NCBI GenBank assembly: GCA_032718475.1
Contig: JAUCBJ010001551.1
Location: forward strand, 62,001 to 126,000
Origin: Nemertoderma westbladi
Lineage: Eukaryota > Animalia > Xenacoelomorpha
DNA: 64,000 nt
Reading direction: 5' to 3'
Positions 53,070-64,000 of this stretch are shown one piece after another (position 1 is the stretch's first letter; each line of letters begins with the position of its first letter). Both the position numbers and the translations under genes were made by a program. The notes under the pieces were generated by a model that did no database searches, had not been told where the DNA came from, and saw only the letters and a list, made by a program, of their open reading frames with translations.

Positions 53070-53159
53070 AACACCAAGCCGCTCGGAACACCAAGCCGCT
53101 CGGAACACCAAGCCGCTCGGAACACCAAGCCGCTCGGAACACCAAGCCGCTCGGAACAC
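53070..53159. repeat. 17-bp repeat x5 in the Hippo 3' UTR
   Basis: AACACCAAGCCGCTCGG perfect copies starting 12 nt after the stop. Confidence 0.95.
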
Positions 53160-55569
53160 AATCAGTCAAAGCGAGAATTCGTGGAAGATTGTTTACCAGG
53201 TTCACAGATAACCGGGGATAACCCGTTAGTCGACGGAACACTCTGGCTTTTTATAAGAATAACCTTTTGTGCACATATACACATCAATTACTGTATATCT
53301 TGTTTTTGTATAAAGTTTATTGTGGAAATTTGCATTTAGTTCTAATTATATTAATTTCGTAACATTCCTTACGAAACGTTCTACAATAATTCCTTGACGA
53401 AATGTCCGTCAAAAATATTCTTGTCGAAAAATCGTGAATAAAATAGAACTTAAATCGGACCTTTATTTAAAACCTCTTATAACGTTTTTATAACTATTGG
53501 GATGGAAAAGTGGAGTTCATATTCGTGTTGGGCAGGAAAACCTGGTCTAGAAAAGTTAATATAATATTGCTTGAAGGGATTATTCCTATTGGTTTGATGT
53601 TTCTTTAAATTGCATAATTTCTGAACCATATCAATTTTAATTTCAATTTAGCCAATAATTATGTACACATTAGGAGACGTTAAACACAGCTCGTTCCTAA
53701 TATTGCATATGTTACAATTCTTGCCGATTAGTGGAATGGATACTTCGCTATTACTTACCAACATAGACTCGAGTTCGATCCCGGGCGTATCTGTTTAATT
53801 TTTGCAGATTATAGGCCTATTATATTATTTAGTATCACTTAAAAACTTCAATAACTTAGATCAATTAGACTGGCGAACTTAGATATCCTAAACAAACTTA
53901 GATCCGGGTAAACTTAGATCCCGGTGAACTTATCCTGAGCTATGGGAGTTTTCCTGGTCGCTGGTTGTATTTCTGAGGTCAGTTTTCACCATTAATGAAA
54001 TTTAGTTAGTCCCTATGTCCGTTGGTCGGTCTTTCTGACTATCCGACAAATTTGTCAGTCAAATTGAAGAAAAGAGCGCGCCATCAAGATAACATTATAG
54101 TTATAGGGGTTTTCAGGCATACAAAGAAACGGCGAGGCCAAATTTGAATACTGACATCAGAAATGAAGTCGCGGAACAAGAAATCCGATATACTGTAGGA
54201 TTTTTAAGGATTTTTATAGTACATTAGTATGCTTTGTATTGTTTTGGGGACATACAGACAATGACGGACAGGCCGACAATCAAACGGACAGATAGCCGTA
54301 TCTCGAGAAGTAAGACAGATCTTTCTCAAAGGTTTTCCAATTTAGAATCTTGATAAAAATCTGCTCTAAAAGAAATATAAAAAAATTGATTGCCAATCAA
54401 TCACCCCCCTTTAACAATTCCCCACCCACAACATACAGGACGCTGACACCGCTTTCGGTCAATGGGTACAACGAGTCAAAGGGAACAAAACGAGTCAAAG
54501 ATTACAGGTACAAACAAGGCGGATATTTAGTTCGTGGAATTTCTGACATTATTGCCATCTAGGCCCGAAGGGCCGTTAATTTTTTAAAATTGGCCCTTCG
54601 GACCAATATGTGAATGTAAATATATAATATGTGAATTAATTCAATTTTGAATTAATTTGAAGCGATATAAGTTCAAAATTGCGCTGGTATTTAATTGTGT
54701 GGTCCATTTGTTATTTAATCTCTATTTATTGTTTAATGTGCATTTAATGTCGCACCTGTTTTTTTGCCATATTTGATGCCTGTTGAACCCTTTCGTGAGT
54801 ATCTTTCATGTTACACAGATGTTAAGAATACAGTTAAAAACCACAGAAAGCAATGTATTGAACTATTTTACCTTTTTGCAAAAATTTTGCACTTTTGCAC
54901 ATTTATTTGTAGGCCTACTCTACAAGTGCACTAAAGATCCTAAAGGTGGTTCCTATTTAACACACTTATGTTTATCCTCTACCGATCTACGATGGTGTAA
55001 GATCAAGTGTCAGTTCCTAAAAGTGTCAAAAAGTGCTATTTAATAAATCGCGACATTTGCGATTTTGGACCATATTCATCGACATTTTAAGTCACTTTAT
55101 TGACATAAAAAGTTAAACAAATGTTAAGATTATACTTAGAAATCACTACAAACTACATTTTAATACAGTGTCGCCATTTCATAATGACTCTATACTGAAG
55201 CTACACAAAGGAGCAGGGTAAGGGGATTATCTAATAATAACACACACAATCTTACAATCAGATTATTATACTGTACCTACTCCTTAAGAAAACCACATTT
55301 TAGCTCCCTTAATAGCCTGTAACCGCCTGTGCCAATGTGCCTGTGTCAATGCCTCAGTGGGCGGTCTCCAGTACTGCAAGGCCCAACTCATCTCGGGGTA
55401 AGTTAGCAATCTGCAATAATAAAAATGATAGCGTGCCGACATTTAGTCAGAGCAACCAAATAGATGGCCAATAAAGACAGACAGTATGGATTTAGCTGAG
55501 TAGAGTTAAAACCTACAGTACTTATTGACTTACTTAGAATACACTACGTATTTGTATTTGTTTCAGCCC

Positions 55570-55775
55570 GCCACATTGTCGGCGCAACGTAACGCCGACA
55601 CTGTCGGCACAACGTAACGCCGACACTGTCGGCACAACGTAACGCCGACACTGTCGGCCCTCGTAACGCCGACACTGTCGGCACAACGTAACGCTGACAC
55701 TGTCGGCACAACGTAGCACCGACACTGTCGGGTCGGCACAACGTTATGCCGACAGACACTGTCGGCACAGCGTTA
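55570..55775. repeat. 25-bp palindrome-containing minisatellite (~8 copies)
   Basis: Unit GCCGACACTGTCGGCACAACGTAAC, containing the hairpin GCCGACA-C-TGTCGGC. Confidence 0.9.
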
Positions 55776-57440
55776 ACACCCAACCAATATCCCAGTCAGT
55801 ACCTACAAAACACCCCAATAAACCCTGAAACTGAGTCATTAAGTAACCCAAGACAGCCAAGTAAAATAACGCTGTATGTTTTCCATATATAAAAAGTCTG
55901 AAAGTGGCTCCTGTAGTGTGATAGAGCCCAAAATGTAAATTAAACGCGAGCGAAGCGACCGAAATTTTTTGTGGCAAATTCTTGTTCTCACTTCTGCACT
56001 CTGCACGAACTTTAAGAGCTTTGAGAGCGCGAGCACGAGCTTTGAGAGCACTCTCGCTCCGCGCCAAGGCAAGGCACTCAAATCGCGCCAGTCGCACCGC
56101 GCCAGTTTACAATATATTCTGCAAATCGCGAGGACTCTTATACTTCGCTTTCGCACCAGATATATTCTATTCGGGTGACAAACACGGAACGTAATCAGGA
56201 TCGAATGTAATATAGTTTTTACAAATCGAACGTAACCTCAATTATGTTACATTGGATCCTATAACTATGTTACATTCGATCCACAAATTACTAAGCTCGA
56301 ATGTAACATACATTTATTTTGTTGTGTTTTGATTTCAGGAGTTAACCGATGAAATACTTAGTTTATTTACAGGAAGAAACAGTTTGGTGTTGGTGAGTAC
56401 AAAACAAAGACCCACGACCCAATTAAGTAACCTGGCATATTCTTGTAACATGTGTTAATTTTCGTTTATTGTTTTGGTTCCCCCAACACGCCTCTGTAAC
56501 CTGCTCCTTTCAGCCTTTAAATAAAAGTAACCTGCATACCAGGTTGGAATTCATGCATGAGCGCGCAGGTACGCGTCGTTGTTTTGAGATCACCGCGCAC
56601 CTGAAATTGGCTCTTGGCGCACCTCATCATAATCCGTACAAAGTCATGAGTCATGTAGTAGCTCATTTCATGCATTATCTCAAAAAATCGTACAGCTCAT
56701 AAGAACAATTTTACATTCCTTTTTTACAAGTTTGAGCGTTTCATTCAAAGCTTATCGTACTGTAGTATTTTGAATATACATAATAAATTGAACAGTTAAA
56801 TGCAACATCAAAATCAATAAATCAATCAATCAAAAAATTGTCACCGGTAATATCAGAATATTAAAAAATATTTTTGTAATCCACTACATTTACATTTGAA
56901 AATACATTATTCTATACTGCTGTACTGTCTGACTGTATAAAATTTGAATAAATATGAAATACTTCATTCAGTCATTATTATTAGGTACCATACCAGTAAT
57001 AATGTGTATAATAAATAGTCTTAACACAGTTGGCTTATATAATCGCAATAATTTTTATTGTCCGTTTAAATCCTTTTTTTGTCCTTTTTTTTTTATTTTT
57101 TATGTCCTCCAAAAGTCTAATGTTAGGTTCCATGCTACCGGTTTCTCTACTGCTGTTCTCTCAGGCTATCAGTACCGGTATTAGTATATATAGCACTATT
57201 TTGCTGTATTGTATGTACAGATGTAGGTATAAAGAATGTATTTCTGTATTTTAGTACCGGTACCGGCACCGGTACTGCTATAGGCCTACTGTGTAGCCTA
57301 CCATTTAAATACGGTAATGGTAGGCCTACCGGTTGTGCTAATAAATTTTAAATAATTGATAGGCCAAACTGGATTGCAGGATTTTTAAAATGTGGATATA
57401 CCTTTCACATAATTTAGGCCTATTACTGTATTAGTTTTAT

Positions 57441-58650
57441 CGTCTCTGTAACCTGCTCCTTTCCCTCAATTAGTTGAATGATCGTTTATTGTTTTGGTTA
57501 GAAAATCCCGCCTCTGTAACCTGCCCCTTTCCCTCAATTAGTTAAATGATCGTTTATTGTTTTGGTTAGAAAATCCCGCCTCTGTAACCTGCTCCTTTCC
57601 CTGAATTGGTAAAGTGACCGTTTATTGTTTTGGTTAGAAAGGCCCGCCTCTGTAACCTGCCCCTTTCCCTCAATTAGTTAAATGATAGTTTATTGTTTTG
57701 GTTAGAAAATCCCGCCTCTGTAACCTGCTCCTTTCCCTCAATTAGTTAAGTGATCGTTTATTGTTTTGGTTAGAAAATTTCGCCTCTCTAACCTGTCCCT
57801 TTCCCTCAATTAGTTAAATGATCGTTTATTGTTTTGGTTAGAAAATCCCGCCTCTGTAACCTGCTCCTTTCCCTCAATAAGTTAAGTGATCGTTTATTGT
57901 TTTGGTTAGAAAATTGTTAGCTTATCCAATTCCGCTAACCAAACCCCATAGAGTGAGCCGTTAAGCCGTTAAGCAATATTGGGAGCACGAGGTTGATTAC
58001 CCAACCTCGTGTCACCCCAATAAAGTAGGAAGGAGAAACACACAACGAGGGTCAGGGGCCAAACCCCCAACCGAGAGAGAACACAAGGAGTGAAGGGAAA
58101 CACTCCAAAGGGTGCCAACAGGGATATTAGCCAATGGGGGGAAGGCATCGGCTAGGTAATGTAATACGGCCAAACCGTGCAATATATATTACCAGTTGAC
58201 TGCATCAGTTATCTCAGTTATCAGTTAGTCAGATCAGTTAGGGTGGAGCGGTAACATCTATTACCGTCCACTACCGCCACCACATCATTCAATCAGTGTT
58301 TACCGGTATATCAGTTATCATCAGTTTAACCGTGCTTGCATTACTCATTTTATTATACTTATACTTATGAACTCCAGAACTCTCAACTTAACTGACTCTT
58401 TTCATACACACGGCGGGGACGCGTAAATAGACAAACCCAACGGATAAATCGGGATCTGTAGATCCCGTCACAAAAATCCCGCCTCTGTAACCTGCTCCTT
58501 TCCCTCAATTAGTTAAGTGATCGTTTATTGTTTTGGTTAGAAAATCCCGTCTCTGTAACCTGCTCCTTTCCCTGATTTGGTAAAGTGACTGTTTATTGTT
58601 TTGGTTAGAAAACTCGGCCTTAACCTGCTCCTTTCCATCAATTGGTAATT
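57441..58650. repeat. 68-bp minisatellite (~9-10 copies) split by a solo LTR
   Basis: Unit CGTTTATTGTTTTGGTTAGAAAATCCCGCCTCTGTAACCTGCTCCTTTCCCTCAATTAGTTAAATGAT. Confidence 0.9.
57915..58472. mobile_element. Solo LTR (558 bp)
   Basis: TGT...ACA termini with 5-bp TSD AAAAT (57910-57914, 58473-58477); neighbouring repeat units show the empty site GAAAATCCC. Confidence 0.8.
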
Positions 58651-59883
58651 GTTTTTGGCTATAAAATGAGTGTTTTGCTACGTCATGTGGTAATCGATTA
58701 TCGACAACAACCACAAACTATTAAATATAGAGTCTTTTTACCACAGGCGCATATATGGAAATATATCTCATAGTCTATAAATCATGGAATCATGGAATGT
58801 TTTGGCACAGGCATAGTGAAATCAACTGTCTGACAGTCCAGAAATCAGCAGTCTGACAGTTTGAAGAAATACATACATAAAAAGTCATTAAAAGGACAAT
58901 AAAAGTCATTAAATGGACAACAAAAGTCATTATGCATAATTCGTAAAAAAAAATGACAAAAAAAGTCAAATAAAAGGACATAAAAAATCACTGCCTTATA
59001 TAATCTGATAATTAAGTCATACTTAATAGGCTGATAGGATAGGAGGCCTACATTTGTTACTTTCTGACTTTACCTGGTTACTAACGTAAACATAATAAAT
59101 AACAATAGTTAAAATAAATTGATTAATTTTCAGCTCCTATCAATACTGCAATACAGCTTCAATTAATTTGTGTGGTGCGCTGCGCATCAGAGCTGCGCGC
59201 TGTGCGCAACGCGCATCTGTCTCTCCCAAACGCGCAAGGCGCATCTGGTTCGCGGTCATTCGCGCAGGTACCGGTACGCGTCCGATTTTTGCAGCATGAA
59301 TTCCAACCTGGCGCTGCATATTCTTGTAACATGTGTTAACTTTCGTTTATTGTTTTGGTTCCCCCAGCTCGCCTCTGTAACGCTCCTTTAAATCTGTAAA
59401 TGGCAATGTTACATTCGAGCTTAGTAATTTGTAGATCGAATGTAACATAGTTATAGGATCCAATGTAACATAATTGCAGTTACGTTCGATACGTAATAAC
59501 TATTTTACCTTCGATCCTGATTACGTTCGCTCATGTATCCGGCCTACACTGGCTGACTGATTAGGTTACGGTACCGGCGTTACCTACTCAACCTACTGAG
59601 TTCGTCCCTTTCTGGCAGTCTGGTTAATGACAGAATGAATTGCTGTACCGTAGCCTTCTGTCTGTCTGTCTGTCTGTAGGCCTATACCGGTACTGCTACA
59701 CTGTCTGACTGTGTTATAATCCTCCATCCAATTCCTTGTATCCTTGTATTGTGTATTCTCTGTATCCCGGTATTAAAAAACAAACAAAAACAAATGTTAA
59801 ATAGCCTAAACGGTACCGGTAACTGAGTTTAGCACACCATCACCAATTTGAACAAACTACCGGGACCCGTAGTTGATTTTGTT

Positions 59884-60984
59884 ATGGAAGCTGCGGCGCA
59901 AACGCAACAGCAACATATTTATAACCGCTCAGGATTCTATGTTACCGAACTCAATAAAACGGTATTCGAGGTTCCTGATCGTTACCAAAACCTCATGCCC
60001 ATCGGTTCCGGTGCCTACGGGACTGTCTGCAGTGCCGTCAACACCGAAACGGGAAAAAACGTCGCCATTAAAAAATTATCGCGCCCCTTCCAAACGCTGG
60101 TCCACGCAAAAAGAACCTACAGAGAACTGAGACTTCTAAAACACTTCCATCATGACAATGTTATTCAGCTTATGGGCGTGTTCACCCCTGCAACCAATCT
60201 GGCGGAGTTTCAAGACGTTTACTTCGTGACAGACCTAATGGGAGCCGACCTAGCCAACATTATAAAGTACCAAGAGTTAAGCGATGACCACATTCAGTTC
60301 CTAACCTACCAGATAATGCGTGGACTCAAACACGTCCACAGTGCCGGTATTCTACATCGGGACCTCAAGCCCTCGAACATCGCCGTCAATGAAGATTGCG
60401 AACTCCGTATCCTGGACTTCGGGTTGGCCCGGATGTCGGACGACTCCATGACGGGCTACGTAGCCACCCGCTGGTACCGTGCTCCGGAGATAATGCTAAA
60501 CTGGATGCACTACAGCGAGACGGTGGATGTCTGGAGCGTCGGCTGCATAATGGCCGAGATGCTGACGCGACGGACGCTGTTCCCGGGGATCGACGCGATC
60601 GACCAGCTCGAGAAGATCCTCGACCTGGTCGGGACGCCGGACGCGGCCTTCCTCTCGCGGATGTCCTCCGCCGAGGCGCGTCGCTACATCGAGTCGATGA
60701 CGTCTCGCCCCGGCCGCCCCTTCACGCAGTTCTTCCAGAGCGCCAACCCAGACGCAGTGGATCTGCTCGCCCGCATGCTGGTTCTGGATCCTCGGGATAG
60801 GATCACAGCGGCCGGCGCCTTGGAGCATCCCTACCTGCAGCAGTACCACGACCCGTCCGACGAGCCGGACAGCGAGCCCTTCGTCGCCTCCTTCGAGAAC
60901 CTCCAGACCTCCTCCATAGCCGAGTGGAGCGCGATGGTTTATAGCGAGGTGGTTGATTACGAGGATCGCGATAGGGGCGCATAG
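59884..60984 (+). CDS. MAPK14: p38 MAP kinase, intronless CDS (366 aa)
   Basis: [31 protein letters not shown], activation motif [19 protein letters not shown] domain HDPSDEP; first ATG at 59884 (the track's 59848 start is TTG). Confidence 0.96.
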   Translation: MEAAAQTQQQHIYNRSGFYVTELNKTVFEVPDRYQNLMPIGSGAYGTVCSAVNTETGKNVAIKKLSRPFQTLVHAKRTYRELRLLKHFHHDNVIQLMGVFTPATNLAEFQDVYFVTDLMGADLANIIKYQELSDDHIQFLTYQIMRGLKHVHSAGILHRDLKPSNIAVNEDCELRILDFGLARMSDDSMTGYVATRWYRAPEIMLNWMHYSETVDVWSVGCIMAEMLTRRTLFPGIDAIDQLEKILDLVGTPDAAFLSRMSSAEARRYIESMTSRPGRPFTQFFQSANPDAVDLLARMLVLDPRDRITAAGALEHPYLQQYHDPSDEPDSEPFVASFENLQTSSIAEWSAMVYSEVVDYEDRDRGA

Positions 60985-62762
60985 GGATGGGAGAGGGCGG
61001 GCAGTACGACAGATCGCTAGTTGTCTGTCCGTCTGTCTGTATTCCAGGAGACTTCCCTAGAGACCAACGATTTGAACACCGAATTTAGAACTTATCATGA
61101 TTCTTATACGATTACTCTGCGTTCCTTCAGAGATTTCTGGTGGAATTGCCATTTTTATTACAATTAATTATGTTATCAGAATTCTCGGATTAGCCAAACT
61201 TATCTCAAGTTATTCTTCGCCTGGTTTCTACGTTGTATATAAGTGATGAGGCTTACTAACTGATACACCAAGCTGCACTCACATTGAGCTGCTGAACCAC
61301 AAATTATTTCTTGTATATTTTAGTTACTTTATTTATCCGCTTCTAGCTAAGCTATATAACCATGTTATGTAAATGAGTTTCGGCTTTATTAATATAGTAA
61401 CTAATGTATTTAATCGGAATGCTAATATTGAATCGGTTCAGTTGGTTCTTGAAAACAATTAATCATTGCCAGTTTCCATTTATCTTTGCCATTATACCGA
61501 CACTTCTCTGTGGATTACTGCGTATATACTATATACCATTAAATTGTTTTATATCGTGTCAAACAAAGTAGCTATGACACTTACCACACTTATTTTGTAC
61601 TCAATGCGCACATAATAAAAAGATCCTCTTTACAAATGTATTTGTAAAGAACAGTTTATATTTGCTTACGTTTCTTATCTTTTAATGTTTTCTTTTTGAA
61701 TGCAGTTTTATAGAATATATGGGACACATAAATCAAAACCACAAAGACATATATATATATATTTGGCATGACGCTGTCAAAACTAAATAAAGTTGAATGA
61801 ACAGGGATTTTATTGATGATTTGTTATCCTACCGTTTGTGAGGGATATTTAGTGGTTATGATTCCTATTTTGAATGCAATAATTAGGTCTGGTGCAGTTT
61901 TACAGGTTGGGCTATTTCTGGTCAGCTGATGACTTGTCGGGTTTACCGATTTCTCCTACAATATGCAGCATATTGTTCATGGGTACAATTAAATTTATCC
62001 CGGTATCTTTTAGTTTGTTTTGGTTAGGATTTAGGGGTTTTCTTTTGACATGATCATATCGTTTTGTGTTTGTTTTTTATGGGTCTACTAGTACCAGTGT
62101 AGTTATTTGTTTTTTTGTTGTTTATTCCCGTTTTTCGTTTTATATTTTTGAACATCGTTCGATTGTTTTTTCCAGTGTGATGAGGCGGTAAAACTACAGT
62201 TGATAGCACATTTGAATTTATCAATTTAATTTATTGATTTGTCGATGTGTCTGTATACCGTTACCTACATTTCGGTATTTTGTTCATTGGATAGCCGCAT
62301 TATTTCTGATAGTTTTATTAACAATACGCTATTATCTGTATCATCTTTAATCGCTCCCCGTTTAGACGACTCTTTACTCTTTGTTAGTTTGGTGCAGAAG
62401 TACAGGCATGTTCTATCTAGTTTGAGCGACTATTATTGTTTATGATCAATAAATTGTTGTAGTTAATAATGTTTGAAGCTGGAAATGTGCTGAAACATGT
62501 ATATATATCGTATGTTAGCCTTAAAATAGCTAGATCTATTTTTTTTTTAGGTTTTGAAGTCCTTTTGACTGTATATTTCAATTTTACGTAAAATATAATT
62601 ATTATTCATTACATCATCTCATCATTACAATAAATATTATATTACAATGCTATTGATCATTATTATCAACGTTAATTATTTATTAGTTAATAAATAATCG
62701 AAGTTTATTGTATTGCTTAGTTTTTTAAATAAACAAACCTAACTATAATGGGAGTTTATATA

Positions 62763-63156
62763 CCGGGTGTTCCATAATGATCCCCCCCCCCCCCTGGCCA
62801 GCCAAAACTGCCAGACACGCACCTTAGTGTAATATATCATTCGAAAGATAATTTAATTCTGAGCTTGCATGCAAAAATTTAGGGTCCAATACAAAAGTAT
62901 AAAAATTGTATAGGCTATTCTTTAAACCTATCTTACTTCCAATATTTTATTTAATCACAATTAAAAAAAAATATAATTTATCCAGCGTTAGTCATCAGTG
63001 ACTTTGTTTGTATACTTTTGTAATGGACCCTAAATTTTTGCATGCAAGCTCAGAATTAAATTATCTTTCGAATGATATATTACACTAAGGTGCATGTCTC
63101 GCAGTTTTCGCTGGCCAGGGGGGGGGGGGGGGGGGGAATCATTATGTAACACCCGG
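62763..63156. mobile_element. Tc1/mariner-type MITE
   Basis: TA|CCGGGTGTTCCATAATGAT ... ATCATTATGTAACACCCGG|TA with ~140-bp inverted arms and TA TSD. Confidence 0.88.
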
Positions 63157-63361
63157 TACTTTGTTAGAAATACAAATAATTATAGGGTGGGGGTTAATAT
63201 TGTTAGAATTAATTGAGAAAATCTGTTTTTATTATGATAGACGGAATAATTAATAATATTAAATCAAAATACACAATAATACTTAATATTAATAATATAA
63301 TTAAAGTCTGGTTAAGCGAGATGGGCATTTATATTAAGTAAATCAAACAACACGAAATATA

Positions 63362-64000
63362 TTACGTCATCATTGTTACTGTAACTTTAGGAATATCAAA
63401 TTGTTTAGAATCTTGGCTGGTTAACTTCTGACACGATTGCTTTGCTTTTTGTATGGCTGCAACCCAGGCTCCAGCCTGTCTGCTATTAGCGGTCTGAACT
63501 GTAAATACCTCTTCAGGTATCCTATACGTTGTGTTGCTGTACACCAAAAGGAATGTACTCTTATCTTGGAGTTCGTGCAAATGGAGCTGATTCAATATCA
63601 TTAAGGGTTTAAGTAGTTTTATTTTGTCGTCCCGTTTGGTACTTTTAGAAACTAGGAAAATATCGGTAAATAAATAGCCATAGGATTCAACCTTTCTGGT
63701 ACCCTCTTTGATTTTAAATGGGCCATCCATTAAAATCTTGCGTTTTTTCCGCGTGTTTGGGATGGGGTTGATTAAATTAAGTGCGGGATATCTTTTCACA
63801 ATATCACAAACCTCATCGCTATAATCAATAATGTTTGGGTAAGATTCAATCTGGGAATTCAATTTCCTCAACACGTGTAACTCTTCATTATTATTAACCT
63901 CTTCATTAACTTTACCGATAAATACATTAACTTCACTAACAATGTTCTCTAGTATCGAATATTCATCTTTGGTCGCCAATTTTCCCTGCATTGTCTTTAG
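63362..64000 (-). CDS. RhoGEF DH-end + PH domain segment, PLEKHG5-like (continues beyond the window)
   Basis: Frame is open to the window edge; LNLINPIP..RKILMDGPFKIKEG..YGYLFTDIFLVSK..ELQDKSTFLLVY..WVAAIQKA resembles the PLEKHG5/6/7 PH domain. The 3' end may be a splice donor rather than the stop. Confidence 0.75.
   Translation of the reverse strand, partial: LKTMQGKLATKDEYSILENIVSEVNVFIGKVNEEVNNNEELHVLRKLNSQIESYPNIIDYSDEVCDIVKRYPALNLINPIPNTRKKRKILMDGPFKIKEGTRKVESYGYLFTDIFLVSKSTKRDDKIKLLKPLMILNQLHLHELQDKSTFLLVYSNTTYRIPEEVFTVQTANSRQAGAWVAAIQKAKQSCQKLTSQDSKQFDIPKVTVTMMT

Larger units (their letters stand above)
56539..59311. mobile_element. hAT-like non-autonomous element nested in the composite element
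   Basis: 18-bp perfect TIR CCAGGTTGGAATTCATGC / GCATGAATTCCAACCTGG; flanks CCTGCATA (56531-56538) and GCTGCATA (59313-59320). Confidence 0.7.
56187..59528. mobile_element. Composite element bounded by ~120-bp inverted repeats
   Basis: 56187-56309 and 59406-59528 are inverted copies made of GATCGAATGTAACA-like sub-repeats; exact termini and TSD not resolved. Confidence 0.65.

Noticed and set aside
60396-60849. Overlapping alternative-frame and antisense ORFs in p38
   Set aside because: Expected by-product of GC-rich codon usage.
61850-62450. Further RhoGEF exons on the - strand
   Set aside because: A-rich on the - strand but I found no clean frame or recognisable motif.

Overview
Eukaryotic, AT-rich, repeat-dense animal (invertebrate-like) genomic DNA; I cannot name the taxon. 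Bases 1-25 kb are mostly a 50-bp satellite (~420 copies) interrupted by a young, 5'-truncated non-LTR retrotransposon with an intact endonuclease+RT reading frame and an 11-bp target-site duplication. Bases 28.2-53.1 kb hold a multi-exon Hippo/MST1/2 kinase gene on the + strand (10 coding exons found by hand, ending in a SARAH domain; first exon not identified). Its introns are inflated by minisatellites and nested transposons. The most striking observation is that three intronic arrays (46-bp x~89, 41-bp x~20, 55-bp x~20) are tandem copies of the gene's own exon-intron junctions, so each real splice site sits at the end of a train of near-identical decoy sites. Downstream are a nested transposon cluster (with a solo LTR and probable Tc1/mariner excision footprints), an intronless p38 MAPK gene, a TA-flanked MITE and part of a PLEKHG5-like RhoGEF on the - strand. 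All coordinates and copy numbers were read by eye and are approximate.
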